A stretch of 63,829 nt of DNA, counting the filler, from Globobulimina sp. (Eukaryota), in the NCBI GenBank assembly GCA_003354225.1. It is 18 parts of 18 records of this genome, joined end to end, with 100 filler letters (N's around TTAATTAATTAA, not from the genome) between each part and the next. Parts side by side here need not be neighbours in the genome. Positions count along the whole stretch, not along the records: positions 10,666 to 14,119 come from PIVH01002751.1; positions 14,220 to 17,673 come from PIVH01002752.1; positions 17,774 to 21,226 come from PIVH01002753.1; positions 21,327 to 24,779 come from PIVH01002754.1; 14 more parts are not named here. One strand, written 5' to 3'. Within the stretch, counting starts at the first letter, position 1; each line of letters opens with the position of its first letter. The notes beneath the pieces are model-generated. The model saw only the letters and a list, made by a program, of their open reading frames with translations, made no database searches and was not told where the DNA came from. This document shows positions 10,767 to 24,314 of this stretch, one piece after another. The translations under genes were made by a program, and so were the position numbers.

Positions 10767-13700
10767 ATGGCAACTCAACCATCTCCAAAAACACGCAAAC
10801 TGCCGCATGGATGGGAAAAAAGGATCGATTACAGCACAGATATAGTTAATCTACAAACATCTACATACATACAACATCAAAAAAAACAACCACACAAAAC
10901 GCAGCCATACTATGTCGACCATAACACTAAAACAACACATTGGCACCCACCACCACCAAAACTTGCACTCCCACCCGTACCACCAAACAATCTCCGCAAC
11001 AAACAAGCACTTAGTCCATCTTCAAACGCAGCTACACTTTCCCCAAACCACAATAAACCATTGCCCACAACTGGCAAAACTCACAAACCCACTCGAAAAA
11101 CAAAGCACTATCGAGCCGGCACAGTTGGTTCACGCACAGCATTTGAATGGAAAATGGATGATTTAAAAGAGGTTTTGCAGCCAATATCTGATGCTCAGAT
11201 AAGTGCTCCAACCCAACCAATATCAGCTCATCAATTAAGACGCAAATCGTCTAAACCATACAGTAAAGATACCATTGATAATTATGACACTCACAGCAGA
11301 TATATCTATGTTGGAGTCGGCAGGCGTCTGCCCACCAAACCAATGGCTCCGCCAAACTATCTCAAAAAAAGACCATCCGCACGTAATACCATATTGATTA
11401 AACCGCCACCAATATACACAAAAAAATATATGACGTCCACGGCCATACCACCGCCGCCTCCGCGATCTATACCGACCCCTCCGTCGAAGTTATGTGTTGT
11501 GCCACAACTTGCAAAGTATAATGTTTATGTGTTTACAGATTGGACTGCTTCTCCATCCAACAAGCGACTTCATTTGAGGCCACAATCAAATCCGATGCTA
11601 AATTATCAATCAAAGCAACGTTGCCACCACACCGAGGCGCATTGCCCACTGCAGCCCCGATTACACCTAAACATGTCGAAAGATTCACAACTGGACAACG
11701 GGATATTTCCCATTCTGTAATGTCACCAATCTCAACAAGTGCAAATTCAATTATATCCAAACCATTTTATAGAAATAAACGCGTACGGAATACAATGGAA
11801 ATACACAAAGAGTTACCACCGTTAAATAGCAATACACCGAATACCTTTAACACCGATAAAAGAGCCAATACTCCCGAAGCTATTTCAAAGTCAAAGTCAA
11901 ACACAAAAAAACAGGTTTTACTTTGACAAAAACGTTTTTATGTTTGTCCATGGCTCATGTTTGAACTTTGAATATATAGACTCGAGAAAAACGGACGTTG
12001 ACAGGGTCGCGTTTTGTAAAAGCGGCTAAATGGGGCGGCAATTCTAACCACATTACGACTGTTAAATTTAGCAAATACAAGAAAAACTTCGCAGTGAAAT
12101 ACGATGAGAAAAGGAAAAAACTAAAGGAAAAATTAAAAGAGAAAAAATCAAGCATCAAAGCAGACATTTTGGAGTATAAAAAAAAGCGAAACAGTTTGAG
12201 AGTGCACAGTGAATATTTAAATGGCGAGAATAGCATTGAATCTGTGAGTATATCCCATTCATTATCAACGCCGCTGCCTGGTATCAAGGACGAGGAAGAA
12301 GAAAAGGCGGAAGAATGTAGGTTTTTGTCTCTGTATGAAATTGTAGAGTTAGTCACGTCGCCGCGGGTCCGAGGCACACAGCATCAGACCATATTATTGC
12401 GCACTTATTGTTTGTATACATCCCGACAGTTAAGTTGTACATGTGTTCGTTTTTCAAAAAATTATGCAATACTGTACCTATGGTATGATTTATAGGGAGT
12501 TATTGGACGTTATCTTTAAGCGTTTATCCGCGACATCGTGCGACAACAAACAACAAATTAAAGTATTATCATTGTTACGGACCTGGTTGAAGATAGAAAA
12601 TGATTTTCGTGATGTATTGGATGACAATTTCAACCTAAACACAAGTGTCAATTTAGCAGAATTATCGCCCACTCCTTCTGTGCCAGATCCACCCTTAAAA
12701 ACCAAAACCGCCGCTGCTTGCGTACCGGCCGATATTCACTCTTTAAACATCATAAAAGACGATGCAGAGATCAATACATTTGACGATAAACCATCAAAAC
12801 CATCACTATCCCCTTTCGCCTATACATTTGACGATAAACCTATGCATAAGCTTGAATTGTCCCCTTTCGCTGCATATTTCAGACGCGTATTAATGTCCAA
12901 TACCTGTTCCAATGCGGTACTAAACAAGTTAGCAGCGCCCATACTGTCGCAGTTGTGCACAGATAAAGGAGACCACAGCGTCAACCTTCGAGACCGAACC
13001 CTGTCCTTCGCCGATGCGCCCACGCCCAAAATACCTAAAATCAAAGATGCCAAAGATTTGAGTCTACACAAAATGTCGTGCATAGAAGTAGCGCGTCAGA
13101 TTTGTTTATTGGAATACGCCATATTCAAAAAAATCAAAGCTGAGGAATTCTTGACGCAAAAAACCACCAAACAAAAAAAACTGGAGTTACAAAACCAAAC
13201 TATGAAAATAGCAAATTCCGCACATAATTTGTCCTCTGATCAGCTACGATCGCAATTGAAAACGCTGCAGAAAGAGAAAAATGACAAATTGGAAAAGGAA
13301 TCCATGCAAATCAATATTAATAAGATGACGGATTGGTTTAATCGGTTGGTGGTATGGAGCCAAATCGAGATTTTATATGAAAGGGACATTCATAAACGAT
13401 GCAAGATTATCAGTCAGATATTAAAAATCTGCGATTGTTTGGAGAGGTATAATAATATATCGTCATTATGTGCGATCAGAGCGGGACTATGTTCTGCGCC
13501 GATTCATCGGTTAAGGAAAACGTGGCAACATATACCCAAAAAGGCGAAGGATATTAAGTGTAAAATTGATGAATTGTTTAAACTCGGCAATGGACAAAAA
13601 CAGTTAAGGGATAGGATTGCGATTATCTCGCAACCGGCAATACCGCATTTGGGACTATTTCTGGCTGACATTGTTTTCATACATGATGGGAATGCGACAT

Positions 13701-13930
13701 TTGATCAATTGGATGAGGAGGAGGAGGGGGATAAGAATAAAATAAATTGGAGTAAAATGAAGTTATTGGCAGATAGAATAAATTGGATATCTATGTTCCA
13801 ACAGTCACCCTTTATATTTCAATCGGTGCCAATAATTGTTACATATTTACAATCGAAAATGAAAATACTTCCTCAAGATTTCTTGTATAAATTATCTCGC
13901 GAAGTTGAACCACCCGATAAGAAAAAATAG
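10767..13930 (+). CDS. WW domain + RasGEF (REM and CDC25-homology) protein, multi-exon
   Basis: WW motif LPHGWEKR..YYVDHNTKTTHWHPP, split by an intron at 10845-10904. Further introns near 11490, 11914 and 12430. RasGEF motifs EVARQICLLE, WFNRL, NNISSLCAI..GL.SAPIHRLRKTW, IPHLGLFLADI and INWSKM. Confidence 0.88.
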
Positions 13931-14219
13931 TTGTTTTGCTTTGGTTAACTTGTTTGTGTTATATATATATTTTTAGCTGATAATTTATAATTGTCGTAGT
14001 CTTTTAATTGTAGCATTTATAATAATCGATTATACTACGCGCGTGGTTTCTAATAATGAGACTGTTCCTCATTTGTGATGAAAAAATAAAACCAAAAAAA
14101 AAAAGAAGATATGTGTAGANNNNNNNNNNNNNNNNNNNNNNNNNNNNNNNNNNNNNNNNNNNNTTAATTAATTAANNNNNNNNNNNNNNNNNNNNNNNNN
14201 NNNNNNNNNNNNNNNNNNN

Positions 14220-17200
14220 ATTGTTGTTTGATTGAGATCGATTTTTGTTTCGCATCTTGCAATGTATTGATCAATACTTTATTTTCTAAAATATTGCCAG
14301 TTGCTTCCGTCAATTCCTTTAATAATAAATTTTCTAAATCTGCCAATAAAATATTATTCGCACTCATTGTTTGTATCAACTCTTCTCTTTGTTTTTGCAA
14401 ATCAGGCCTTTCGTGACCAACCACAACATCTAACAATTGATCCTCTAATCCTTGCTGAGTCACACAAAAGTTAATAATCATTGTTTTGCCGGCAATCTCT
14501 GGCGAATAATTTGGCGATGATATTTTTGATACTAAATATAATCGAAAGTTGTCATCCCAATCTAATACATTATCACCTAATTTTATTTGCTTATTCTTAT
14601 TCTGATAAACAAATTCCTGCTCTAAGATACTGTCAATGATTGGATCAATTTCTTCATCCACACCTTCAAAAATGAATGGATTACCAAATTGGATGCTCAA
14701 TTCTAATATTTTCACGAAATCTGGATCTTGAAACGTTCGAATATTACACTTATTATTGGATTCTCGCGATTTTATCCAATTTATGGCCTGCATTTGCGGA
14801 TCAATGCACAATGGATATCTCGACGCGCGAGTGGTTAACATACCATTTTGTATCGATAACTCGTCAGCGGGCAAACCTTGTGATATCCACTCACTTCGCT
14901 CGACTTGCGTGATTAACAAATCTTCGACGCGGAAATTTGAGGTTATTGGGATTTTGCATACATTACAAATATCATTCATCCAATCTTCATAAATCATTTT
15001 CTGACGGTATTCAAATGAAAAAGCGCCGGTATATGATAAAAAGGATGAACATAATAAACAATCACCAACTAATAAATCAGATTTTATTGCTAGTTCTTGT
15101 TTATCTGCAGTCCAACGGACCCTTTCCGAGCCTAAACCAGAAATTAATTTTGCTGCGGAATCTAAATATACTCTCATTTGTTCTGCTTGTTTTGTTAAAT
15201 CCCTTAATTCCAAATCTTTGGCATTGAAATTAAACGACAATTCGCCAATTTGCGCTTCTAATTCGGCCAAGTCCTTTTCTGTACGCGCCAAATCTCTCTG
15301 TGCGGATAACATCTTCTTCTCCATTTCTTGCACTTTTTTCCTTCGCGGCGCAACCTCTTTGGCGACGTCATAATATCGCATCATTGCAATGACCCATTGT
15401 AATAAGCCCGCGCCCGCTTTGCTGACTCTATGCAAATTATCCATAGTTAACGTTTGCGTTTTGTCCTTGGGCCTGGATTTTAAGATTTTATTTACTTTTT
15501 TATACATTGTTTCGGTCATATTATCTCGTGGATAATTTTTCAATTTTTGTAAAAATGCAGCATCGCCCATCATGGCACGGGCTCCGGGCCAGCCATCATT
15601 GATATTTTCTGTACCTGACGGCCTCAAACCTAATACACATAAACATACATTTTTCACACAATCCTTGGGATTATTCAATACTTTAACTTCTGCGATATCC
15701 TCTTTTCTCAAATTCTTCAGTGCTTCGCGAGCTAATTCCAATGCAGGCAATGCTTCTTCCAAAGCTTGTTCAGCCAATTCCTTTTCTTTCGCAATCTCGA
15801 TGCCATCTATTTTCAATTGCTGCTTTTTCGAAGTTGCTGCTGCTTTCTTGTAGTTGGCATCTTTGGTCTTTTCTTGGATTATTTCGATCATTTTTGTACA
15901 TTCGATGGATTTCTCGTGCACCGTTTTATTTTGTTGGGTCAATTCTGTCCGCATTACATTTACATTATCGGAGGCTTTAATCAATTGATTCAAGCCACCT
16001 TCCAAGCGTTCAATACGTAAAGTATTGGCATCGCGAAATTTATTTAATTGCAATTTATAATTTAATAAGAAATCTAAATAATTCTTTGGTGTGATATGAT
16101 TTTTGCGTCTCATCTCTAACTCAAACTGCTGACTGTATTCATCCACACTCAGATGTACGCCGACAATGTGCTGAACAATGCTGTCTTTGTGTTGCGGCGG
16201 TATCTCGACATCAGTCAAGAAATACTTTGCAACGGCTAAGAGCGCATCTTTTGGCCATGGGAAAAACCAATCAATCACACAATTTGACACCATGCCGGGG
16301 AAATTTCTGCATCTGTTACGCAATGTGTCTCCAGCGGGCGACATTGCCAATACAACATGCAAATTATTTCGACATCGATTTATGAAATATTTCCAACAAT
16401 TTTCTTTGGATGGATTGATGCCCAAATTATCCACTTCGTCCCTTACACCATCAATCAATGGCAATTTGTCTTCTTCTGCAAATAATGCGGGGATCATACC
16501 AGATGTTAACATATTATTTATCAGTTCTAAAAATGACTCATCTTTAACATGTGCGTCGGTTAACAAAAATGTGCAGGATTTGCCTTTGCCGCCATTCTCT
16601 GTTCCTAATATTCCATATAATTTTTTCAAATCTTCACGAAATTCATTTTCACCATAATTACGAGACAATGAGATTTCAAATAAATGATAGCCGGCGGTAA
16701 AGGTTGCCAATTTGGTCAATGATTGCTTTCCTGAGCCACCCACACCGACTAACAACGCGTTTCCTCGCTTCATTTTTAAAATTCGATGAATTCGAGTTAA
16801 ATGTTCCAATGCATCTTCAAATAACACTAAATTCATTTGTTTTGATGGATGTTCTTCATTATATTTGGTCAATATTTCATCAAATATGTCTTTAATATTT
16901 GCATAATTGGTTAAATCTTGATACATTTCTAAATTCTCTTTGTTTTCACTGTTAACATCCAAATAATCTCCATATAATATAGGATCTGCACAAATCTTAT
17001 CTGTATCTGCTAAATCTCCATTAAAATTATCTATAATTAAGTTTTTTAATAATTTCTTATCAACAAATTCCTTGTCTTCTTCACATATCAATCGATCGTA
17101 AATCACTCTCAATGTTTCATTTCTAAATAAACGAACAAAGGCAGTGACATCATTGTATTTATCGGGTATTGATTGACATAAACCTTCATAGATTCGTGAT

Positions 17201-17673
17201 AAATCTCGCAAATTAAAAATATAATGAAATTTGCTTGGTGTTGCTGGTAATGCCGCAACTAATTCGTCATAAAATCTTAATGTAATATCTGTAATTTTAG
17301 ATGCTGCCATTTGGACGTCAGAGTGGAATAATTTCACATGTTCATTCAAAATGGATGCATATATCCTATGCAAGGATTGTTTTGATGGAAATACAACATT
17401 CAAAGTATTAAACAATGAAATAAATCGTGTATCCACATGATTTCTACCACCACCCGGCGGGGGCATGGCGCCGATCCAAAACAAATTCTTTGTGTTAATT
17501 TGTTCCAAATCTCCATCCCTTTCATACATTGTGCCTCTTTCAATTAAGAATTTTAACAAAGCAATTGGTTGCTGAGTGCCATAAGTATCAACATTTGGCA
17601 TATTTGAATCATCGACAAATACTAACAGTCGTTTACCGCCTGGAGGCAACCAAACTGGTCCTCTTTTTTCTAT
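14220..17673 (-). CDS. DNAH10: Axonemal dynein heavy chain (I1/f alpha, DNAH10-like), internal fragment AAA3-AAA4-stalk-AAA5
   Basis: KRLLVFVDDSNMPNVDTYGTQQPIALLK, KFHYIFNLRDLSR, Walker A GVGGSGKQS, stalk coiled coil, PLCIDPQ and GLEDQLL. Confidence 0.9.
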
Positions 17674-17773
17674 NNNNNNNNNNNNNNNNNNNNNNNNNNN
17701 NNNNNNNNNNNNNNNNNTTAATTAATTAANNNNNNNNNNNNNNNNNNNNNNNNNNNNNNNNNNNNNNNNNNNN

Positions 17774-18000
17774 CCCAGTATACATCCAACCAGCGATCCA
17801 ACCTTTGACCCTACGTATGATCCCAGTACAGATCCAACTGGAGATCCAACCAAAGATCCCACATTGGAGCCTACCAACAATCCCACATTGGAGCCAACCT
17901 ATGAGCCTACATTCCATCCCACAATGTATCCCAGCTCTGCTCCAAGCATTGCTCCCACCGCTTATCCAACACCAGCTCCAACGGGTGCTCCCACTGCGTT
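17774..18000 (+). repeat. Coding 12-bp tandem repeat (P-T/S-x-D/E/A)
   Basis: Period-4 amino-acid repeat PSIH PTSD PTFD PTYD PSTD PTGD PTKD PTLE. Confidence 0.8.
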
Positions 18001-20621
18001 CGGTGAAGACAAATCGCAATTAAAATTACATAATACCACTGGTGAGTGTAATTTTACCTGTTGGCAATGTATGCAACAGATTGATATTGTCGGCGCTGGA
18101 AACGTATGGGATTTAACCTTTCGAGAAGCAAACCACAGTGAATGTATGTGTCCGCAGGCAACTGCGCAGACCACAGAGCATGACAATGCCACTGTTAATG
18201 TAGGTATTACACAGTCAGAGTATCATTTGCAAATTGAAAAGTATATAGTGGATGGGGAAGAGGATGAGGATGAGGAGGATGATGATGTTGAATATGGCAT
18301 TCGAGTGAATGTTATACAATGGAGAAACCATTCGCAAAATTGTGCAGCGACGTACATTGTGAATGAAAATGAATTCTTCGGCATCCGGGCTGAAAACGTA
18401 TTGATTGTCACATTTATTATTTGCGATTTAGAGCCTGCAGCATTAACAAAAAAAGCCATTGTCGATGCAGAAGAGTTGTATAAAAAACAATTTGCAACCT
18501 TGTTTAATGTCGGTTTGTCGCAAGTTAATGTATCCATTGCAGTGGGCGTTTATTGTGGAGATGGAAGTAGAAGGCGGTTGAAACAGAATGGCAAGGATCA
18601 AGAAGTAACAACGATTATTATATTTGCTGATGCAGAAGACGCAAAAGCAGCGGAGGAAGGAGCTTGTGCGCAGGCACGAGGCGCAAATGATGCTATTCAA
18701 CAATGTGATGTGATTGTGGACAGTGAAGATGCGTTGAATGAAACAGCGCAAACTAAAGAGGCAACGTTCCGTTTATCTGCAGGAGCAATTGCATTGATTG
18801 TGATTGCGATATGTTTGTTTGTGGTAGTGATTATTGGCGGATATTTGTATTTTTCGCGGCAAAAAAGCAAAGTAAAACAGCAATTGGAGGAAGCTTATAA
18901 TAACACAGCAAAATCACGCGATACTGAAAACACTCGAAATGCCATTGTAGGTACCGGTCATCATACAGTTCGGTCATCGGAATATGTCGAGAATGAAGGC
19001 GTGGAAATGGTGGATACGATGAATACCAGTACCACTGAGGGGACATATAAGAGTAATAAGACTAATACATTGGCGCTGGGTGTGTCTATGAAACAGATAA
19101 ATGTGAATGTGACAGTTCGTAGTGCAGCACCACCGGAATGGGCAGCAGTTGTTAGCAATACTGATTCATTGCATATTGGGGATGTGACAGCATCACCGCA
19201 ATGGGAAGCAGTTCCTAGCAATACTTCATTGCGTGTTAATGTTGAAGATGCTGATGCAGCGGAAGCGGTTGCGGTTGCGAATGAAAGTAACAATGTTAGC
19301 CCTGCATCGCCGGAATGGGGAGCAGTTAGCACGAATTCATCGCGTCTTGCAACTACAGAGATGATCCATGTGGAGTCCACAGAAACTACAGGTTCAGCAT
19401 ATAATAAAGTGGACGTAGATGATGATAAAATGTATGGGGAAATGGTGTATGTATCACACATTGCGCCAGATGGATATGGTTCTATTGCGTATCAGCATGC
19501 ATTTAATTATGAGGACTTGGCCGATGACATTTTGGATGATGGGAAACAATATGAGACTGAGCAGGAAATGATTGATGATGTGATTCGAAATAATAAAGCA
19601 AATTTAATTGGGATGGGTGAGTTGTTGATGGATAAGCAAATAGGGAATGGTCAGTTTGGTGCAGTATTTAAAGCCATGTGGGAAGGCAATGTGGTTGTGG
19701 TGAAGCAGTTAAATTCTGTGGATGAGATGGTGGGGGATGATGAAGTGAAACAGGATGAGGCATTGATGGAGGAAGTAGCGCAACGAAGAGCGGCTAGGAA
19801 GAAGGAAATGGAGGCGGAGATTGTATTGGCATCGTCGTTGCCGACCCATCAGAACTTAGTGGAGATATTTGGTTACATTAAGAATCCGTTCGGTGTGGTC
19901 ATGAGTTATATGCCTGGCGATTCTGTGCAAAAATATGTGTATAGGATCCATAAAAAAGATGCGGATTCAATTCCAAACATCAGAGAATTGCTGATAATAT
20001 TAAAAAAAGCTGCGTCTGGATTGAAACATTTGCATAAATATGGCTTAATACATCGTGATGTCGCATGTAGAAATATGTTGTTAGGTCAGATTAAAAATAA
20101 TCGGATCGAAGAATCAACGGAAGTTAGAATATCAGATTTTGGGTTAACCAGACAGTTACAAAATAAAAATGATGATTCTACGCAAAAAACACAATCAAAT
20201 TTTGGTCCCTTGAAGGTAGTGTATATATAAGTAATTAAGTATATGTACCGTATATATTTATATATATATATATTAATATATTTAGTGGATGGCGCCGGAA
20301 TCAATAAAACAAAAGGAATATAGTAAGAAAAGTGATGTCTATATGTTCGGGATAACAATGTGGGAGCTCTTTTATGGGATGGAGCCATACGTGAATATGA
20401 ATGCAGTTGAAGTGGCACTGAGTGTTGTTACAAAAGGCAACCGACCTGAAATAATTGAGGATCATCAAAAGTATCGATTTATAGATATGCCGGATGCATA
20501 TCAAAGTTTGATGGAACGTTGCTGGGATCAAAGAGCGATAAAACGACCTCTATTTCGCCAAATAATTTTTGATTTGCATTGTATTGAATCCTATATGTAT
20601 AATATTAAAAGAGCTCCGTAG
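17774..20621 (+). CDS. Single-pass receptor kinase with tyrosine-kinase-like catalytic loop, 5' partial
   Basis: Mucin-like P-T-x-D repeats and a TM helix, then GNGQFG, VVVK, HRDVACRN, DFG and GPLK|WMAPE (intron 20216-20285), and SDVYMFG. Confidence 0.85.
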
Positions 20622-20848
20622 ATATGTTATTGTTTGTTTTATTTTACAACTCCGTATTTTATGTGTAATGTAGTATTTGTGTTAATATATCTCGATATCG
20701 ATCAAATGCTTTTGTGTTGTATAATGAATGATATTTGTTAATATGTTCGATGCATCGATCAAGTGTTGTATTTTGTGTTGTATTTGTGAATAGTTTTCAC
20801 AGCAAAAAAAAACTTCAGTACCATAGTCATTAAATCAAACAATAAACC

Positions 20849-21226
20849 ATGGGTGTTAAGAAAAGGCCAAATCAGCCAAAAAATTTTGGTAAAACAAGTA
20901 GAACGCCACGTCGACCATTCGAGAAAGAAAGATTGGATTCAGAATTAAAAATCATTGGTGAATTTGGATTAAAAAACAAGAGAGAATTATGGAGAGTGCA
21001 ATTGACTTTAGCTAAAATCCGATCCACTGCACGTAAATTGTTAACCTTACAATCAGATAATCCACGTCGTACTTTTGAAGGTGGCGCTTTGTTACGACGT
21101 CTTACGCGATTAGGCGTATTAGGTCCTGATCAACAGCGATTGGAATATTGTCTATCTATAAAAGCAGAGGATTTCTTAAAACGAAGGCTTCAAACATTAG
21201 TATGCATATATATTAGTCATCAAATA
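20849..21226 (+). CDS. RPS9: 40S ribosomal protein S9 (uS4), 3' partial
   Basis: [32 protein letters not shown]...[19 protein letters not shown], then an intron (GTATGC at about 21200). Confidence 0.95.
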
Positions 21227-21644
21227 NNNNNNNNNNNNNNNNNNNNNNNNNNNNNNNNNNNNNNNNNNNNTTAATTAATTAANNNNNNNNNNNNNNNNNN
21301 NNNNNNNNNNNNNNNNNNNNNNNNNNTGGATGGATTATATGATGGATTTAATGGACTGATGGATTTGGTACATTTTTTGTCCCATGAAACAAATAAAAAG
21401 CTATGAAATTATAATTATTTACAGGGACATATTTGTAATCCCAAAAATATCACAGGAAATATTATTAGGCTGTGTGCTCCACTCCTTTAAAGTCTTTAAA
21501 AACGCACCACACCGTTATTTACATAGATTCAGTATATTGCCATCATATCATATCATATGATAGAGCAATATCACAGAATCAAGAAGCAATTATTTCAACT
21601 CTAAAGGCAAAGTTTTTTTTATCACAAAGTGGACTGAGTCAAGA

Positions 21645-22937
21645 ATGACAGCTTCAAATTCTGAGTCAGACTCAGATTCCAAGACTGATTCTGATGATAT
21701 TCAAGCATTTGAGAATTCGAACTCTGAACGACAATCTGTCGAGAAAAAAAAGAAAAGGAAAAAGAAAAAGAAAAAGAGGAAAAACGCAAAACAACACTCA
21801 AAGGATAGTCCGCCACGCAAAAAAAGAAGATTTAATGCAAATACTAACAACGATCATAACCATAATAATAATAATAATAATACATGGCCACAACTACAAA
21901 TTGAGGCAGAAAGGGCGCAATCATTGATGCGATCCATCAGTGCCTTATCATCCACATTTTTATCAGCACCAATCGGCGCATTGCCATCATGTAACATTGA
22001 ATTACAACGAGAAAAAAGAAAAAACCAACAACTGACCAAAATGAATCATAATCTTCGTTTACGTTTACATGGCTTAAAACAAATTGCATTGCGAAAGGGC
22101 GAAGATCCGCGATTTGATAAAGTTGGAATGAACAAAGTGGATAAATTATACAGCACAGAAATGTATGATATGAAAGAAAGTATAAACACCAAATATGACA
22201 AGAATTCGTTTGATATTCTGATTAATACAGAAATGGAGAACATGGCAGCGGTCAAACAATGCATTGGCGAATATTTGGATATTAATGGTTTGGATAAAAG
22301 CAAATCGAAATTGATAATGAATGCACGGGAATATATTTATGATAATGTGATGGAAGAATTTGTGATAGAAAGGCATCGAATAAATGCGTTGATTGGCGGC
22401 AATGGCTTGAAAACGGTGATAAATATCCCATGCCATACCTGTTTGGGGCAATATATCGGTATTAATTATACCAAGAAAGAGTATGACGCGATATTTAGTA
22501 ATACGAATCAATTTGATATACGAAATCAATACGCTTTTGATCAATTGCTTGTGTTTGAAAATGAAAAGGTTGAGATTGTCATCGATGGCTTTGGTTTGAA
22601 ACATTATTCCAACGAATCATGCCATATATCAATGATAAATGACTGCAGATTGGACATATTCAACAATGAGAGAGCAACTGCGGAGGATCAGGAATACCAA
22701 AACATTGAATTTGTGTCGTGTGCAGTGAATGGATGGCCATATATTTTTGTAGTGTCATGTCGTGACATTGCGGCTGATGAGGAGTTGTGTGGATGGTATG
22801 GCGAACATTTTGGTGATGCAGTAAGGGACAGGAATGAGTTTGAAAAATCCAAACTTCATTTACGGACATTGGTGTATCAGATTTTGGAACCAATTCATGG
22901 CGAAATGAATCCAGACATTGTCTATGATATCACCTAA
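21645..22937 (+). CDS. SET-domain protein (putative lysine methyltransferase)
   Basis: GNGLKT..IP..T.LGQYIG, MINDCR, and RDIAADEELCGWYG. Poly-K NLS-like N-terminus. Confidence 0.75.
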   Translation: MTASNSESDSDSKTDSDDIQAFENSNSERQSVEKKKKRKKKKKKRKNAKQHSKDSPPRKKRRFNANTNNDHNHNNNNNNTWPQLQIEAERAQSLMRSISALSSTFLSAPIGALPSCNIELQREKRKNQQLTKMNHNLRLRLHGLKQIALRKGEDPRFDKVGMNKVDKLYSTEMYDMKESINTKYDKNSFDILINTEMENMAAVKQCIGEYLDINGLDKSKSKLIMNAREYIYDNVMEEFVIERHRINALIGGNGLKTVINIPCHTCLGQYIGINYTKKEYDAIFSNTNQFDIRNQYAFDQLLVFENEKVEIVIDGFGLKHYSNESCHISMINDCRLDIFNNERATAEDQEYQNIEFVSCAVNGWPYIFVVSCRDIAADEELCGWYGEHFGDAVRDRNEFEKSKLHLRTLVYQILEPIHGEMNPDIVYDIT

Positions 22938-23045
22938 AGTACCCATTGCAAACTTTTGTGTGTATATAACTGAAGTTATATTAATATTAATTGTATACAG
23001 TTTTTAATTGAATATTTTCATACAATAAATCAGATAAAGTATGTA

Positions 23046-24253
23046 TTATTCATTAAAAATGCCACAAAATGAAACCAAAACAAAAAACGGAACAGCAAAC
23101 AAAACCGAGCCCAATTGTATGGATTTCCCGATATTCTCCATCATTTTATTCGTCATTTCCGTTGTGGCCTTTTCTTTTGTCAGTTTTCTTTTTATCAATG
23201 TGATGCACGAAGACTTACAGCAGCAAATCATCAACGAATACAACAGAGACACACTCACAACAACAACTGTCGCATAATTGGACGAATGAGAGGATGAGCC
23301 CCATGGATGAGGAGACATTAAAGCAATGACAAATATATACAAACTGGCAGAGATGCAGCCAATTGCTGTAATATATATCGTCAAATCATTTACAAATAAT
23401 GTTGGAAAATATGAAGGAAGAGAAGCAGCGAAAGGCGAGGAAGGCGTAAGTGCCAATGCTTGGAATCATTCCATTATCGATACCACTTAACATTGCCAAT
23501 AAGATCAAATATTTATAATAAGATTTGTGTGCCAGCTCCGGTTTAGAAACAGAGTCATCGTCAGCTTCATTTATTAATTTTTGCGCTTTGTACTTATAGT
23601 TATCTGCAGATTGTGTACCATTTATCAATGATTTATATTTCAGCAATAAATGGACAGCAATGCCAGATATCGGCAATATGAGTGATAACAAAACCAAATA
23701 TACCTCAACGGAATAGCGTGATTTGTGAGTATTTAATTGTTGTATCCATATTAATATTGATGCGATAATGCCCGATGATGTTTCGCCCGCCGCTAAAATA
23801 GGAATATATTGCGGTGGAAACCACGACACAAACACCCAAAAAACCATTGATGTCATACAATCCGCCAATGCGGTGCCAAATATTGTGACTAACAAATTAA
23901 ATGCTATGTTCTCCACCAAATATTGTAACTGTTGCCTTCCATGAAAATGACATAATAATCATACTTATAAATGATATGAAGAGAATTGTATAGGTTGTAG
24001 CAGTGATAAATTTTGTTGTTTTATGCCGATTTGGAATGAATGAATAAAACAATACAGAAACATTTGCCAATTGAATAATTAAAGCAATATAAGTGCCGAT
24101 TGTCCATCCTTCGGGAATCTCATCGACCATAATGTTTAACTCAGAGTACAATCCATTGATAGTGATCCATGAACTTGCTCCGACCAAAACAAACCCGGAC
24201 GACACCAACGCATTCATTTGTTTTGATGTTAACAAAGAGCTGGAAAACTCCAC
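23046..24253 (-). pseudogene. SLC52 (riboflavin transporter) family gene with two frameshifts
   Basis: SSWITINGLYSEL..VDEIPEGW, NGMIPSIGTY, ALMSPHP and IQLGS match SLC52 motifs. They are spread over three overlapping frames with no intron at the switches (about 23900 and 23440). Confidence 0.7.
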
Positions 24254-24314
24254 TCGAGTGAAACAATAAACATCAAGGATAAGGTGCTGTTGTTATATTT
24301 CAGTTATGCATAAG

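Noticed and set aside
21327-21490. Possible transposon end CTCCACTCCT-TTAA at a contig start
   Set aside because: Only one end is visible, and an 11-bp match near 35567 is not enough evidence.
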